A stretch of DNA of 59,825 nt, counting the filler, from Sphacelaria rigidula (Eukaryota), in the NCBI GenBank assembly GCA_964200075.2. It is 5 parts of 5 records of this genome, joined end to end, with 100 filler letters (N's around TTAATTAATTAA, not from the genome) between each part and the next. Parts side by side here need not be neighbours in the genome. Positions count along the whole stretch, not along the records: positions 47,942 to 59,825 come from CAXNAA020004379.1; 4 more parts are not named here. One strand, written 5' to 3'. A program made the translations under genes and the position numbers. How positions within the stretch are numbered: position 1 is the stretch's first letter; each line of letters begins with the position of its first letter. The notes below the pieces were generated by a model that worked only from the letters and a program-made list of their open reading frames with translations, was not told the DNA's origin and made no database searches. Below are positions 48,554 to 59,825 of this stretch, piece by piece.

Positions 48554-51500
48554 GTGGTGTGGGCGGTGATGAATACTGCTGCTATGCAGCATCTCTCTGC
48601 GACGCCCACACCGCTGGGTGCCGATATGCGTAGCGAGGCCGGGGTTCATCATGATGTTTCGCTGCCCGGTTTTGCCGCGAGTGTGGGTGGTAGAAATAGC
48701 AGCTGTATATCATCCGGATGTTTCCTGAGCACACCCCAAGTCCCCGGGGCTATGCCAATCTTGGGACGAACAAATGCAGTGCAATGCCCAGTCGGTGATG
48801 ATCCAAACCCATCGTCGTCGAGAAATCAAGGACGACGCAAGGGGGGTGTTACTGTCCGTACGAAGCAGCAGCAGCAGCAACAGCAGCATACGGCAACATT
48901 GAAATCTTCGCCGCTCGCTTATACTGGAGGAGCTGGGCGCCTCACTCTAGTAATGACAAAGCCGGCCCATGACGATGCACGAACCTCGAGAAACCGAGCA
49001 GAAGATAGTCACCCAGGAAGAGGGGGCGAATCAAGCAAGTCTCCTCCAACACGAACAGCTCGCCATATTTCCAAGCAAACAGCTCGTGCCATCATTGGAG
49101 CTGGGGGGCATGCGATGCTGAGAGGTTGGAACGGGTTCGAAGAAGAACTCAAACAAAATTGCGTCGGACGGGAGGGCCGGGATACGATGCACTACGCCGG
49201 TGCCCCTTCTCTTGTCGGAGAGGACAACGAAAATGTCCCAAGCCACAATGATGGCGGCGGGTCCAATGCTGGCCATCAGACTTGTGCTGCTGCGGCTGCT
49301 ATGGCAAGATCCTTAACCTTGGGCTCCACCCGCGACTCACTGCTAGTTGTAGGAGACAAAACCCCTGACTACCCCCTCGGTGAGCAGGAAGGGGGGGGTA
49401 CGAGCTCGAGAAAAAGTCGTGATCTCAACGATAACCGGCTGTGGCAGCACGATGACAATCAGGCGAGCAACAAGCACTGTGCTGCTTATGACCCCGTCAC
49501 TTTATCCAAGGAAGAACCCGCCGCCTTCTCTGATCGATTGGTGATATCCTTGCCCAAGCCGACGGTCCCTTCATACTCTCTCAATGTCGGCAGCGGCGGG
49601 GGTGACGATGACGACAACAACGACGATGGCGGCACCAAGTTTTGCACCAACTCCTTCAAGAATGATCCTAAACCCGACAGCCTGACCAAACGAAGCCGGG
49701 GCGGCAGCGGGGGAGAAGGGAGGGGGGACGCCAAGCACTCCCCTGTGGCCAGAGGCAATAGCAAGCGTGTCAAAACAGCGGCATCTCGGCGCCTGCAAGG
49801 TATCATTGCAGCTTACACTGAGCCAGCGTGGGCGGGCGCTCCGGAAGGCGCCGTCAAATCCGCAGCAGCAGCAGCAGCAGCAGCAGCAACGGCAGCGTCA
49901 ACGACAACAACGATATTACCATCTGCATCTGTAACGACGGATGCTGGGGCGGAAGTGAAGTTGTCAGCGGGTGAGGCAAGCAAAAGGCTCGGTGAAAAAC
50001 GAGGTCGTAGTGGAGCCAATACATCAGCAGGTGAGGGAGGTTGTGGGCCGAGTGAATGTCGGGGAGGCGGCAGCAGTGGCATGGCGTGGCGGTACGGGAC
50101 AAGGGTGGGATTGAGCGGGGCGCGTTTGAAAAAGCTGGAGACTGCCATGGAGGCGGCCATGGAGCACCTGCCGGTGACGTATGAGGAGCATGCGCGGCAG
50201 GAAAGACTGGCCCATTTTCGCATGATGTATATGGTGAGAGCTATGGGCATCGTGCATTTGGGCTTTGGGTGGACCACAAGCACGGCTATGTTGCAGGCGC
50301 GGTAAATTATATGATTTTCGTTGTAATTTTAACCGCCCCCCTCCCTCGGGACGAGCTCGTGATCGTAAGTTGTCATCCATCTCTCCATCGATACACGCCT
50401 TGCACTTTTGCCTGATAATTTTGCGAGTCGTGCCTCATGAGCATTTTCCTGTCCCGGTGGCGTCCCCTTTCCCAGCAACCCAACACGGTTTTAGCAAAAC
50501 GTTTTCTAGCCAAACCCTCGTAGGTGCATTATTTGTGGAGTATCAAATAGACGTAGATGGACAGTACGACATGCATGTCATGTGGGAATCACAAAAATGA
50601 AAATTCACGGCAAATGTGAAACGACTGGTTTCCTTATTAACACGGCCGAGCTCGCGTTCTATAATACGGCGTCTACTTGACGTTTTGTGCGTATGTATAA
50701 TGTACATGAACAGTTCACGTGTTTCACCCACCCGACACCAGTCCTTTGATAAAACAAGTATAATTCCCCACGTGATACTCCCTGCTCATCAATCGGAAAA
50801 ATATACCAGGTGGAAAAGGAAATGGCCGAACTGCCCATAGAATTTCTTCGAGGAATTGGTTGCGAGGGGAGCGGGATGTGAGTCACTTGAACATCCCTCG
50901 TCTCCTAAATCACTGCTACTGCACCCCATGACATAAAGCAGTGCTGATTCGTTGGGGCGTCGTCTGATATTGATACAGGAAGCGTTGAGTTCCCAATCGG
51001 TATCAAAGAATATTCGAAGAGGTACTTGTCATTCTTCATCTCCATTGCTTACAAGCTGTTCTTTTCGAATGTTTTTATCACCAGTGAAGGAACACCATGC
51101 AACAAAGGTGTATCTTCTCAATTAGCGCTCAACGGCACTAGCGTTTTTGGAGCTGCTCACGCTCCTTGTTTCACGTGTGCAATGAAACCGTTTCGGCACT
51201 AGACACCTCAAGGGTGTCGCTTTCGAAACGCGTTTTTTCCATGCGAGTATGGCTAGTATTTCGGGGGTGGTGTACCTTTCACTTCCGACCCTCCCTCCCC
51301 ATACTTTGGCGTTGTAGAAGCATTAGTGTCCCAAAAACATTTTGAAAGCAGTATAAAGGCCCCCGTAAGCTGCTTATAAGCTGCAGGAGTATTCCAACGC
51401 GCACAAACAGCTGATGAGGAGAGCTCATATTTTCCTTCGCCCCCCTGTACGGTGCGCTGCTGTCTTTAGAATCTACAATTCTACTTCACTCGGATGTTGA

Positions 51501-54500
51501 CGTTTGTTCTTGTTGCACTTTCGACTAAATTCAGGGTTTTAAGACCTGAGCACCCCTGAAAAATTCGAAAATGACATGTACAGTTGACGAGTCCGTTGTC
51601 CGTTGTCTATATGCACTAACAATGCCAACGAACGTCAGTACAGACAGCTACGAACATGTACAAGTGAGCCGCACACCCTCTCTCACTCGTGTCATCCGGG
51701 CGGACACCCACAGTCGTCAGCACCCAGCAAAAGCGTATTTCACACTCTGTGTAGCAAATAGCGACGAGCACAATCTACGGGTAGTGACGCTGTTTTTGTC
51801 GTACTAATAGTGGTGGTGCTTTGGGGCCTTGTGGTACCCTCACATACGCCGCCTCTGGGCCAGAAACGATTTCATCTTGAAACGTGCCCTTTTTTCCAAT
51901 GCGTTCCCGAGAGAAATTGTTTGTTTTGGACTAGGAGAACCTGGTCGGTGGCTCCTCTATCTCTGTGCGGGCGCATGTGTGTGCACCGTGTGCTGTGGGA
52001 TTTTACAAAGTTGTGTTTCCGTGAATTCTGTAAGCCTCCCATACCCGTACTCGATAGTGCTGCGAGTTCTGCACAGAATGTTTACCCTTACCCGGGGCAC
52101 GGGTATGCCCTTGAAAAAATACCCGGTTGCGGGTACGACTCTCTGTCAGCCGCCCATTTCCTACACGACGAGTTCTGTAATGTCCGTTACACTTTCATAC
52201 CGGTACCCGATAGTCTTGTAAATTCTATACGACTTTCATACCCCTACCCGACAGTTCTGTAAGCTCTGGAAGCCTCCCACACCCGTACCCAGGGTTGGGG
52301 TATACTGTTGTAGTCATATCGTCCGATGCAAGTACGAGCACAGGTATATAGCCTGGGGAGGTATGGGTGTAGGTTCAATCCAAACAAAACCTCATGACTT
52401 GAACGTGTACCCCAACCTCCCATCAATCAACCCACCCTCGTTCACCCAACACCACATACCCACAAAAAACTGTAAGCTGACGGGTTACGAAGTACTGCTG
52501 AGTGAAAACACGAAACACGAGCAGCGCTGCAGACCGTGAGGATGGATCATCCCAAGACTCGAGCGGTGGCTCGAGCGGGGGTGGTTCATCTGCGCCACCA
52601 GGGGCATCAAATAGCGAGGAGCAGGTTCTCGACGTTGATGGTGATTGCCTCCACCTCACCAAAACCAAGGGCGTTTGCGACACGAACGATAACGTTATAA
52701 GCTGGGACCAGAAGTCTTCAACGCTGTCGACAATTTCATGGTGCCCCGAAGGGCTTCCCGAGAGCGGGCAACCGTGAAAGCCCCTTCATGTACTCTCTGG
52801 GATTGTATGTAAATCCAATAGAAGTTGACAAATCTCAGTCACATGTACTACTGCATGGCAACCCCATCCTGCCGCAGACGAAAACGGTTGTTCCTTGTAG
52901 AAAATACCACCCTAGCAACGTGAACACCCACCACAAGAGCAAGTACCTAGGCTACATGGGGTAATCTTAGTGCTGCATTTCGTTTGTGTCCCCGGTTTCG
53001 TGCTGCATGCGTACTCCACCAAGGCCGAACGGTGTAATTTCAGTGTGGCGCTTCATTTGTATACCCCGGGTATTTGTCCGGGTATTACCCGTATGCCCGA
53101 CGGGTCTGTGATATCTGTGAGCATACCATACCCGTACCCGGTAGTTCTGTATGCTCTGGAAGCCTCCCTTATCCATACCCTTACCCGACAGTCCTGCACT
53201 TTCTGTAAGACTTTCATATCCTTACCCGATCGTTCTGTAAGTTCTGTAAGCCTCCCGTACCGTTACCGGGGGCACCGATATGCTCTTGATAAGATATCCG
53301 GTTGCAGGTACGTTTTTCTGTTCAACGTCTATCCTCTACCCGATATATGGAGTGACATCCAGGATTATACCCTGAGTCGGTGGCTTTGCGGTGCCCACTA
53401 GTGTGTGTGTGTGTATCTACTCTGCTGCCCTGAATCCCTTGGGCTTTTTCCTTTTTTTGTGTTATTTTATTCCATTTGTTTTGCTCGTTTCTTTCCTCTT
53501 ATTCTCCTTTTTTTTGTTTTAGGTCGGCCATTTCTTTCTGCGCTTTGCTTTTGTTGACTTTTTTATTTATACATATTTTTTGCTTCACGTCTTAGTCTAC
53601 TATATCGTTCTGTTCGACTTCTTTCTGTTCCTTCTTTTCTTCCGCGAGTGTTTCAGTTTTACTCTTGTTGGGTACGTCTATCATGCGACCACGGCTGGAC
53701 CCCTGGGGGGTCAGTTGAAGTGCGACAATCAACCAATCAAATCAATCAATTACCCATGGGGCAGTGTGGAACCCGTGGCTGTGTATGGAAGTGGCGATAC
53801 CAGATAATGAAGCAACTCGTTGGAGGTTGTCATCCAAATGCAAGATAATCAGTACGCTCCGAGCCGAACAATCTTAGCAGGATGCAGCTCACCCTTCATG
53901 CGACTCGCCATACACATCACGGCGCTTCGCCATTGGTGTGATTGCGGGCCTGGCCCGGCAAAAACCCGGCTTGCTCCGACCTGGTTTTGTAGGGATGCGA
54001 GGTCGATGGTCATATGACTATGGCATCCAACATCATGAGCACACCATCATCCCCTACCCCAAAAAATATGTGAATTCTGTAGGCCTCCCATACCCTTACC
54101 CGACGGTTCTGTGAGTTCTGTACTGAATTTACCCTTACCTAGGGCGCGGGTATATCCTCGAAGAATAACCGGTTGCGGGTACAGGTTTCTGTAAAATCTC
54201 TATACCCCACCCGACAGGTGTTTGTGAGTTCTGCAAGCCTCTCATACCTTACCCGACACGTTCTGTAACTTGTATACTTTCATACCAGTGCCCGATATTC
54301 CTGTAAGCTCTATATGGGATCTCATACCCTACAGAACATACCCGTACCCCACAGAACATAACCTTGGGATGTTGCATGGCCTGGTACAACCGCACTCGCC
54401 GTTCAAACCCAAGATCGCCTTCAGAACAGCAGAGAATATCGATTTGCAAAGAACCACATCACTCGCAACAGGAGCAGCAGTCACTTGATACAACGAGAGA

Positions 54501-57500
54501 AATACGTCCGGCCTAGATGAAGATTGGCTGTTGGCCTGGGCCACGATAATGCTGCGAGTGGAGACAGATCGCACCACAGCCCCTCCGCGACTCATGCATA
54601 CGTAACAAGAAGGCCTCAACATGAGCGTACAAAAGAGCGTGATTGGGGTACTTTGGAAGCTCAGAAACTGGGGTGCCTGCTTACATCATCGTTGTTACCA
54701 TGAATGGTGTACAGTACAGTACAGTACAGTACAGTACAGTACAGTACAGTACAGCACGGGAGTTGTGCTACGGTTATTATTTATTCATTTATTTGTCGCA
54801 CTTTGAAGTCCTCTCCTTCCTCGGGATGAGCCCGTGGTCTCAAGGGATCAACCCATCTCTCCCCCTGCACACGCCTTGTATTTTGGTCTCGCGGATTGGG
54901 TCGGCACTCCCGCACCGCGTCCATTCACGTCAAACAAGAACTCAGTCGACTACTTTGTTCACAAACCTAAACCGACCACACCGGAGTGACATTGTGCATC
55001 CCATGCGCATAGAAAACGATTGTACGTTTCGTTCTGCTCTTCCTCGGTAACCATGGGATACCCCTGGTATCCTCCCTGACCACCTCTTTTCTCTTTTTTC
55101 AAGCGTTTTACTCTTCGGGCTTTTAACCCGAGGATGGGAGGAGAGGCTTCCAAAAGGGTTATAGCCTGTGGAGCACTCCATGCACAGGTGGACATGTGAG
55201 GTTCAAATACATTCTGCAAGTACAAAATAGCGCTGACTTTACAGATAGACATCCTTGGGCGGTCAGCGAGATAAACACGACTAGGAGACTTGCGTTATTT
55301 TCCAATCCAGCTTTCGTATATGTGTTATTCTCTGAGCCGTGCGTTCTGTACAGTAGTGCCGAAAACGTTGCAAACCCCTTGATTCGATTCCACTCACCTA
55401 CACCACAAAGAATGCGTGTGTACTTCCGAATGTCCTCTGTTTAGTCCTCCACCCTTCGTTGTTCTCCGCCTTCGTGGGGCGGGGGACGAGGGGGAAATCG
55501 TGTCCAGATCCAAGAACAAAATTTCGAAGAGGGCTACCATACGTGTTGTGACAGCTGCTCAGAGTGATGAAACAATATTTGACATCTGGGCGGCCGGCGA
55601 TATCGCAACTTGGTTGAAAATAATAGCGAGTAAGAACTGGCATCGATGCGTAAACGAATCAAGAGCGAATGTGGGGCTAACACGTACACCCGCATGCACT
55701 TTCCGGGTACGGTCATAGTTATCTTCACAAAAGGAGAGCGGCTCGCGATGGATCAAAAGCGGCATTACTCCGAAAACGCGCAACAGGCCCTTGTCTGATT
55801 CGGCTGTGTGTATCCTTCTTCGGTACCTCTCATCTTTGTTTCTTCTTATTTGTTGCTGCTTCTTGTATGTGATTTCGGGGCCGGGCCGACGATGATGCTC
55901 AAGAAACGTGAGGCTGACCCGTATGTGTTCATTGTTGACCAAGTCCCACCGGACAATCAAGAGGTTGGCGTTGTCGAGGTGGGGAATGGCGCTAGAGCGA
56001 CTGCTTGCCGATAAGTTCGCCGAGGATATGCTGCGCTACGAGCATTCCCGGTTGGCTGGCACTCTGTCGGCGGCGAAGCAACGCTGGGAGGAGAAAATCG
56101 TGCGGAGGCGGTTCTCGCTATGGAGGCGCTCCGTAAGGCTGGCTCGGACAGCCGAGCGCGAGGTATGTCACTCGCTCCCACGAAAATCGATCTGCTTTCG
56201 ATTTTTGTGTCGCCCTTTTTCTTGAGTGGCAGCAGAAGCTTGCGCACAACTGGAATCACTATCGTTTTCCTCGTCGTGGTTATCTGCTGCGATTGAGCTG
56301 AGGATGGCATCAAACTACTCCCGCTGAAACTGTTTCGATATGCAGCAAAATAACATCCCTCCGCCACACCCCATGCATGTAGAGGGCCTTCAGGATAAGG
56401 TTACGGTGTCAGAATGCAGTAGTGCACTCTCTGTATTTCTCCCCTTTTCGTGCCTAGCGTGAAAGTGAGCCTCTCTTTTTTCGAAGGCATACCTGTTGCT
56501 GTCAGCTACCCAGTGAAGGGAATATCTGCTGGATCACACCTGTCATCTAAAATTGTGTCATCAGCAAATGCCTTGCGAAAATACCCAACCGATGGTCGCA
56601 TACATGATATCATACTGACCATCATGGACATCTGAAGAGGGTGACATAGCCGGGTTCGTGTTTAATGCCATAATGGTGGAGCCAAGGGCGAAAATGTACC
56701 TCGACCAATCAGCGCCCTTCAAATTGTTCTGAAGTCGAAAATACGAACTCCAAGCACAATTTTCACCCAATCTTCACGTGCTCCAAATCATGGTACTGTA
56801 GCCATCATCAGGTCAGGAACCTAACGGGAAAAAAACGGATTTGAGAGTGGTTACTACGACATCGATTTACATATTCCACACCCTGGTGTTGCGGTGATGC
56901 AGGATTTTGGCGTCGTCAAATTTCCGCTGATGAAACGCGCGAAAGGCCCAGGTAGCCTCGTGACGGTTTCCCTTATATCTGTCGTAGAAAAGCGCAGATC
57001 GCCCTCAAACGAGGAAGCTCCGCAGGTATCCGTGCTCAAAATGGAAGAAGACCTATTGGTGACATCATTTCAAAATTTATCCTTTTCTTCACAGGCTTCC
57101 GTCGGTCCCGGTGTGAAGACCCCTGGGAGGGAAGCAGTGCGGAATGCCTCAAAAGGAAAAAGAACATACACACACACACATAAATTCTGCGTCCCGGGAG
57201 AGTCTCAGGAACATATTTGCGAAATTTGGTTGAGAAACTCGAAAATCTGATACAGTTTTCCTCGGCTTAGCGTTGAATATACCTGGAGAAGACCTTTTCA
57301 ATCTAAAACCAAGTGGCTAAGAGTTTGCAGGTTTGAAGCTCACGTTACCGAATAAACGCGCAAAACTTCACGCCGTTTTTAGGAGTTAGACCCTGGAAAA
57401 TGGCACAAATGTGCTATATGCAACTTCCCAAGAACGATTTTCTTCTTTACTCGCGATTTGTTGCCGTTTTTCGAGGGCCCGACGGGATCCAATATTCCCG

Positions 57501-59475
57501 AAAACCCTGGGACCCTCCAAAAACAATGAGAAACGTCAGAGATGAAAAAAAAAAAGTTCTTCGACATTTGCGAAAAAACCTTTCTTTTGTGCAGAATATC
57601 AGGTCTAATTCCTGATAACGGCGTGAAGTTTTGCAGATGACTGTTTTTTGGTTAATACACGTGAACAAGCCTGCATTAGAATCTGAGTATACCGCCCGAA
57701 GCTTCGTGTCGTACATGCGCCAAACTTACCGGAAATTTTCGTGCTCGGCTTACGTGTGGTTACTTCTTTGTACCCTACCATGCACGTCGGACATATGCTA
57801 CTCCCTGTATTGATGTGTTCCTGGCCATTAATGTATGTCCATGACTGTGTTTAGCGTGGAGCGGGTGGTGACTCAGCCCTCCCCCCATTTCCCCCGACCC
57901 CGACCCACTATTTTCCTGTGGTGTTCAGTTTGTACCGACACGCACGAACACGTCTAGGGTTTTTTTAACAGCACCCCTCTACTCACTTTATCCCCTTCCC
58001 CTTCAGCCCTCTGAAAACCATAGAGCTCCTCTACCATTTGGCACCGTGACTGTCGCTCTGATCATCGACTTTGCGTGCCGCGAAAAGAGCCTAGCCAGCG
58101 ATGCAGCCGATACGATCCAGAGATGGGCGAGGAGGCGGTTGGCGGTGCATCGCCGTGACAGAATGCGGAGACGGAGAGAGCAAAGGTTGAAAGAAGAAGC
58201 GCGCGAAAAATCGCAGGCAGTGCTAGGGGTATTCGCCTTCGAGGACGACCGCAGGTAAAGTAGGTGAGGAGGGAGGAAAGGCACTAGGGAGGCAGTCGGG
58301 GCGGGGGTGACAGCTGCGCTGTAAAAATTGTGTTATTTCTCCTGTTTTTTTCATTTCTGGAATCAGTTACTGTATTACGTAATCCGCAGCGAGTTCGCTG
58401 TCCCTTCTTGCTGACGTGATTGGCTGCATACGGCAAAGGGTTTCGTGATCCGAGCTGGTTATGGAGCGTGTGCGTTGTCGATTGGCTAGACAATCGTCGA
58501 AATATCTCTTTCGCTGGTCGGTTTATATAAGCTACTCACAAGTGGGCGCGATTTTTCTGTTTGTCCTGTTGTCGACTTTCTCCGGTGCGCCCCCCGCCTC
58601 CGCTCCTCCGTATGTGTATCGCAATGCTGCGATTATGGTGTTTTACATTATTTTATTTTTCCATTCTTGATTTTGCTTCTGTTTTTTTTCTTCTTTTTTT
58701 CAGGTGACTCCGTTTGTTTTTTCTATCCTTTTTTGCTTGTTTTCCACTTCTCCCCTTCTTTTGTGGACACTTTCATTTTGTTTACCTCGCGTACGTCTAA
58801 ATATCTTGTGTATAATGACCAGGATTGGATCCCTCGGGGATTAGTTAAAGTAGTGCGACAATCAATCAATCAATCAATCAATCAAAATTTGAAGAATGCA
58901 TGTGTCATATGAAGTCCATGTTGACTTTTGTAGACTACTCAATTTACAACTCAAACGTGAGCTGATAGCGTGTTCGTTTTTTCTTGTCAACCATTACACA
59001 TTTTATGTCAGGTTTTCCTGACAGTGCTACAGTAGTAGCAGCAGTGGTAGTGGTAGTAGTAGTAGATATATGACAAAAAAAATCGACTTCAGGGTCGACG
59101 AGGGAAAGGGGCTGCCGGACCCATCTCGCGATAAAAAATGAGGGCAAGCACCGCAGGAGGAAGGTGTAGTATTAAAAAAAAAAAAGGTCCTGTGTTGGCC
59201 TTCCTCCTGTGTGACCCCGGCTGATTCGCTCACATATACCGAAAGGGGTAGACTGACGTCCAGAATAGAAGGGATTACAACACATATGACGGTTTTGAAT
59301 GAGAGTTGGTGCTTTTGCCTACGCAACGCAACCCTTGTAAACGTCAAGATCGAGCGTGTGGCGAACGCTTCGCCTGCTGGAGACCAAGAGGGGATACGAC
59401 AACATCCACCGACGCGCGACCAAGCTGCAGCTCACCTGGCGAAGATATCGTGTCAGGCAAGAATACGTGACGTGA
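48554..59475 (+). CDS. Multi-exon protein with long disordered N-terminal exon and IQ (calmodulin-binding)-like motifs
   Basis: Tentative model: large exon ~48554-50233, then 51387-51451, 55964-56162, 58007-58254 and 59349-~59475. The last three junctions are phase-compatible and give IVRRRFSLWRR, AADTIQRWARRRLAVHRR and ATKLQLTWRRYRVRQEY. The first two junctions have alternatives (donor 50301, acceptor 55962). Confidence 0.62.
52020..52295. repeat. Interspersed repeat built of gttctgtaag / catacccgtacc motifs (copy 1)
   Basis: The same motif array recurs at 53060-53370 and 54070-54370. Confidence 0.8.
53060..53370. repeat. gttctgtaag / catacccgtacc repeat (copy 2)
   Basis: Aligns with copies 1 and 3, including ccggttgcRggtac. 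Confidence 0.8.
53371..53750 (+). mobile_element. 5'-truncated RTE LINE (3' UTR with CAAT-type tail)
   Basis: ggtggctttgcggtgcccact...tatctactctgctg...ttttaggtcggccatttct matches 31076-31260. It ends gaagtgcgacaatcaaccaatcaaatcaatcaat. Confidence 0.85.
54070..54370. repeat. gttctgtaag / catacccgtacc repeat (copy 3)
   Basis: Same motif array as copies 1 and 2. Confidence 0.8.
54709..54754. repeat. (ACAGT)n microsatellite
   Basis: Directly visible, about 9 units. Confidence 0.95.
57325..57675. mobile_element. Intronic foldback element
   Basis: gcaaaacttcacgccgtttttaggagttagacc pairs with ggtctaattcctgataacggcgtgaagttttgc. Outer arms are gcaggttt...tcacgt / acgtgaacaagcctgc. Confidence 0.7.
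58620..58885 (+). mobile_element. LINE 3' end with (CAAT)n tail
   Basis: T-rich UTR, then gtacgtcta...gaccaggattggatccctcggggattagttaaagtagtgcgacaatcaatcaatc. Confidence 0.7.
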
Positions 59476-59825
59476 TGGAACACGAATGACCGTAGGGATG
59501 CGTTACGAGCACACGGTGCAAATTACCGTTGAACAACATGAAAAAATCGTGAAGAGTCATGCTACACGATAGGGGGAGAGTATTTTGGGTAATTCCTTCC
59601 ACGAAATTTCCGCTTCAAATCGGCGTCGAAGCAGCAAGGGTTGTTCGAACGTGGTTGTTACGATAAATACCACTAATTTATTTTGCTTGACACGTTTTTA
59701 ACCTAAATACAAGCGCACCCGGAGTGTGTTAGATTGCCTGACACATCTATGAGCCCGTCTCTCGCGGGACCCCTCCCCCCTCACCTCTGGACTCTTGGGT
59801 TGGTGTCGAGTGGCAACGGCGCTGT

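Noticed and set aside
55445-55706. Additional phase-compatible exon of the IQ gene
   Set aside because: Possible, but the alternative path via 51387-51451 gives a more protein-like join. This cannot be resolved without transcripts.

Overview
Eukaryotic, intron-rich, repeat-rich DNA. It is most consistent with a brown alga (Phaeophyceae; inferred from GT-AG genes with long introns, a bipartite plastid-targeting presequence and the repeat content). The window is not one locus. It is five size-sorted contigs (11886, 11886, 11885, 11884 and 11884 bp) joined by identical 100-bp N44-TTAATTAATTAA-N44 linkers, so adjacency across linkers is meaningless, although shared repeat families show a single genome. 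Contig 1: the 5' four exons of a light-dependent protochlorophyllide oxidoreductase (POR)-family gene. Contig 2: two tandem orphan ORFs that share an unrecognised ~54-aa domain, one preceded by a basic 15-aa repeat array. Contig 3: a near full-length decayed RTE-clade LINE whose ORF begins with two PAM2 (PABP-binding) motifs, followed by an intron-containing IS630/Tc1-like transposase pseudogene with a very large catalytic-domain insertion. Contig 4: the 3' ten exons of NOL6/UTP22 (minus strand) plus nested MITEs. Contig 5: a multi-exon IQ-motif protein gene. The most novel-looking signal is the PAM2-PAM2-basic-EN-RT architecture of the LINE. All exon calls and alignments were made by eye, and no database searches were run.
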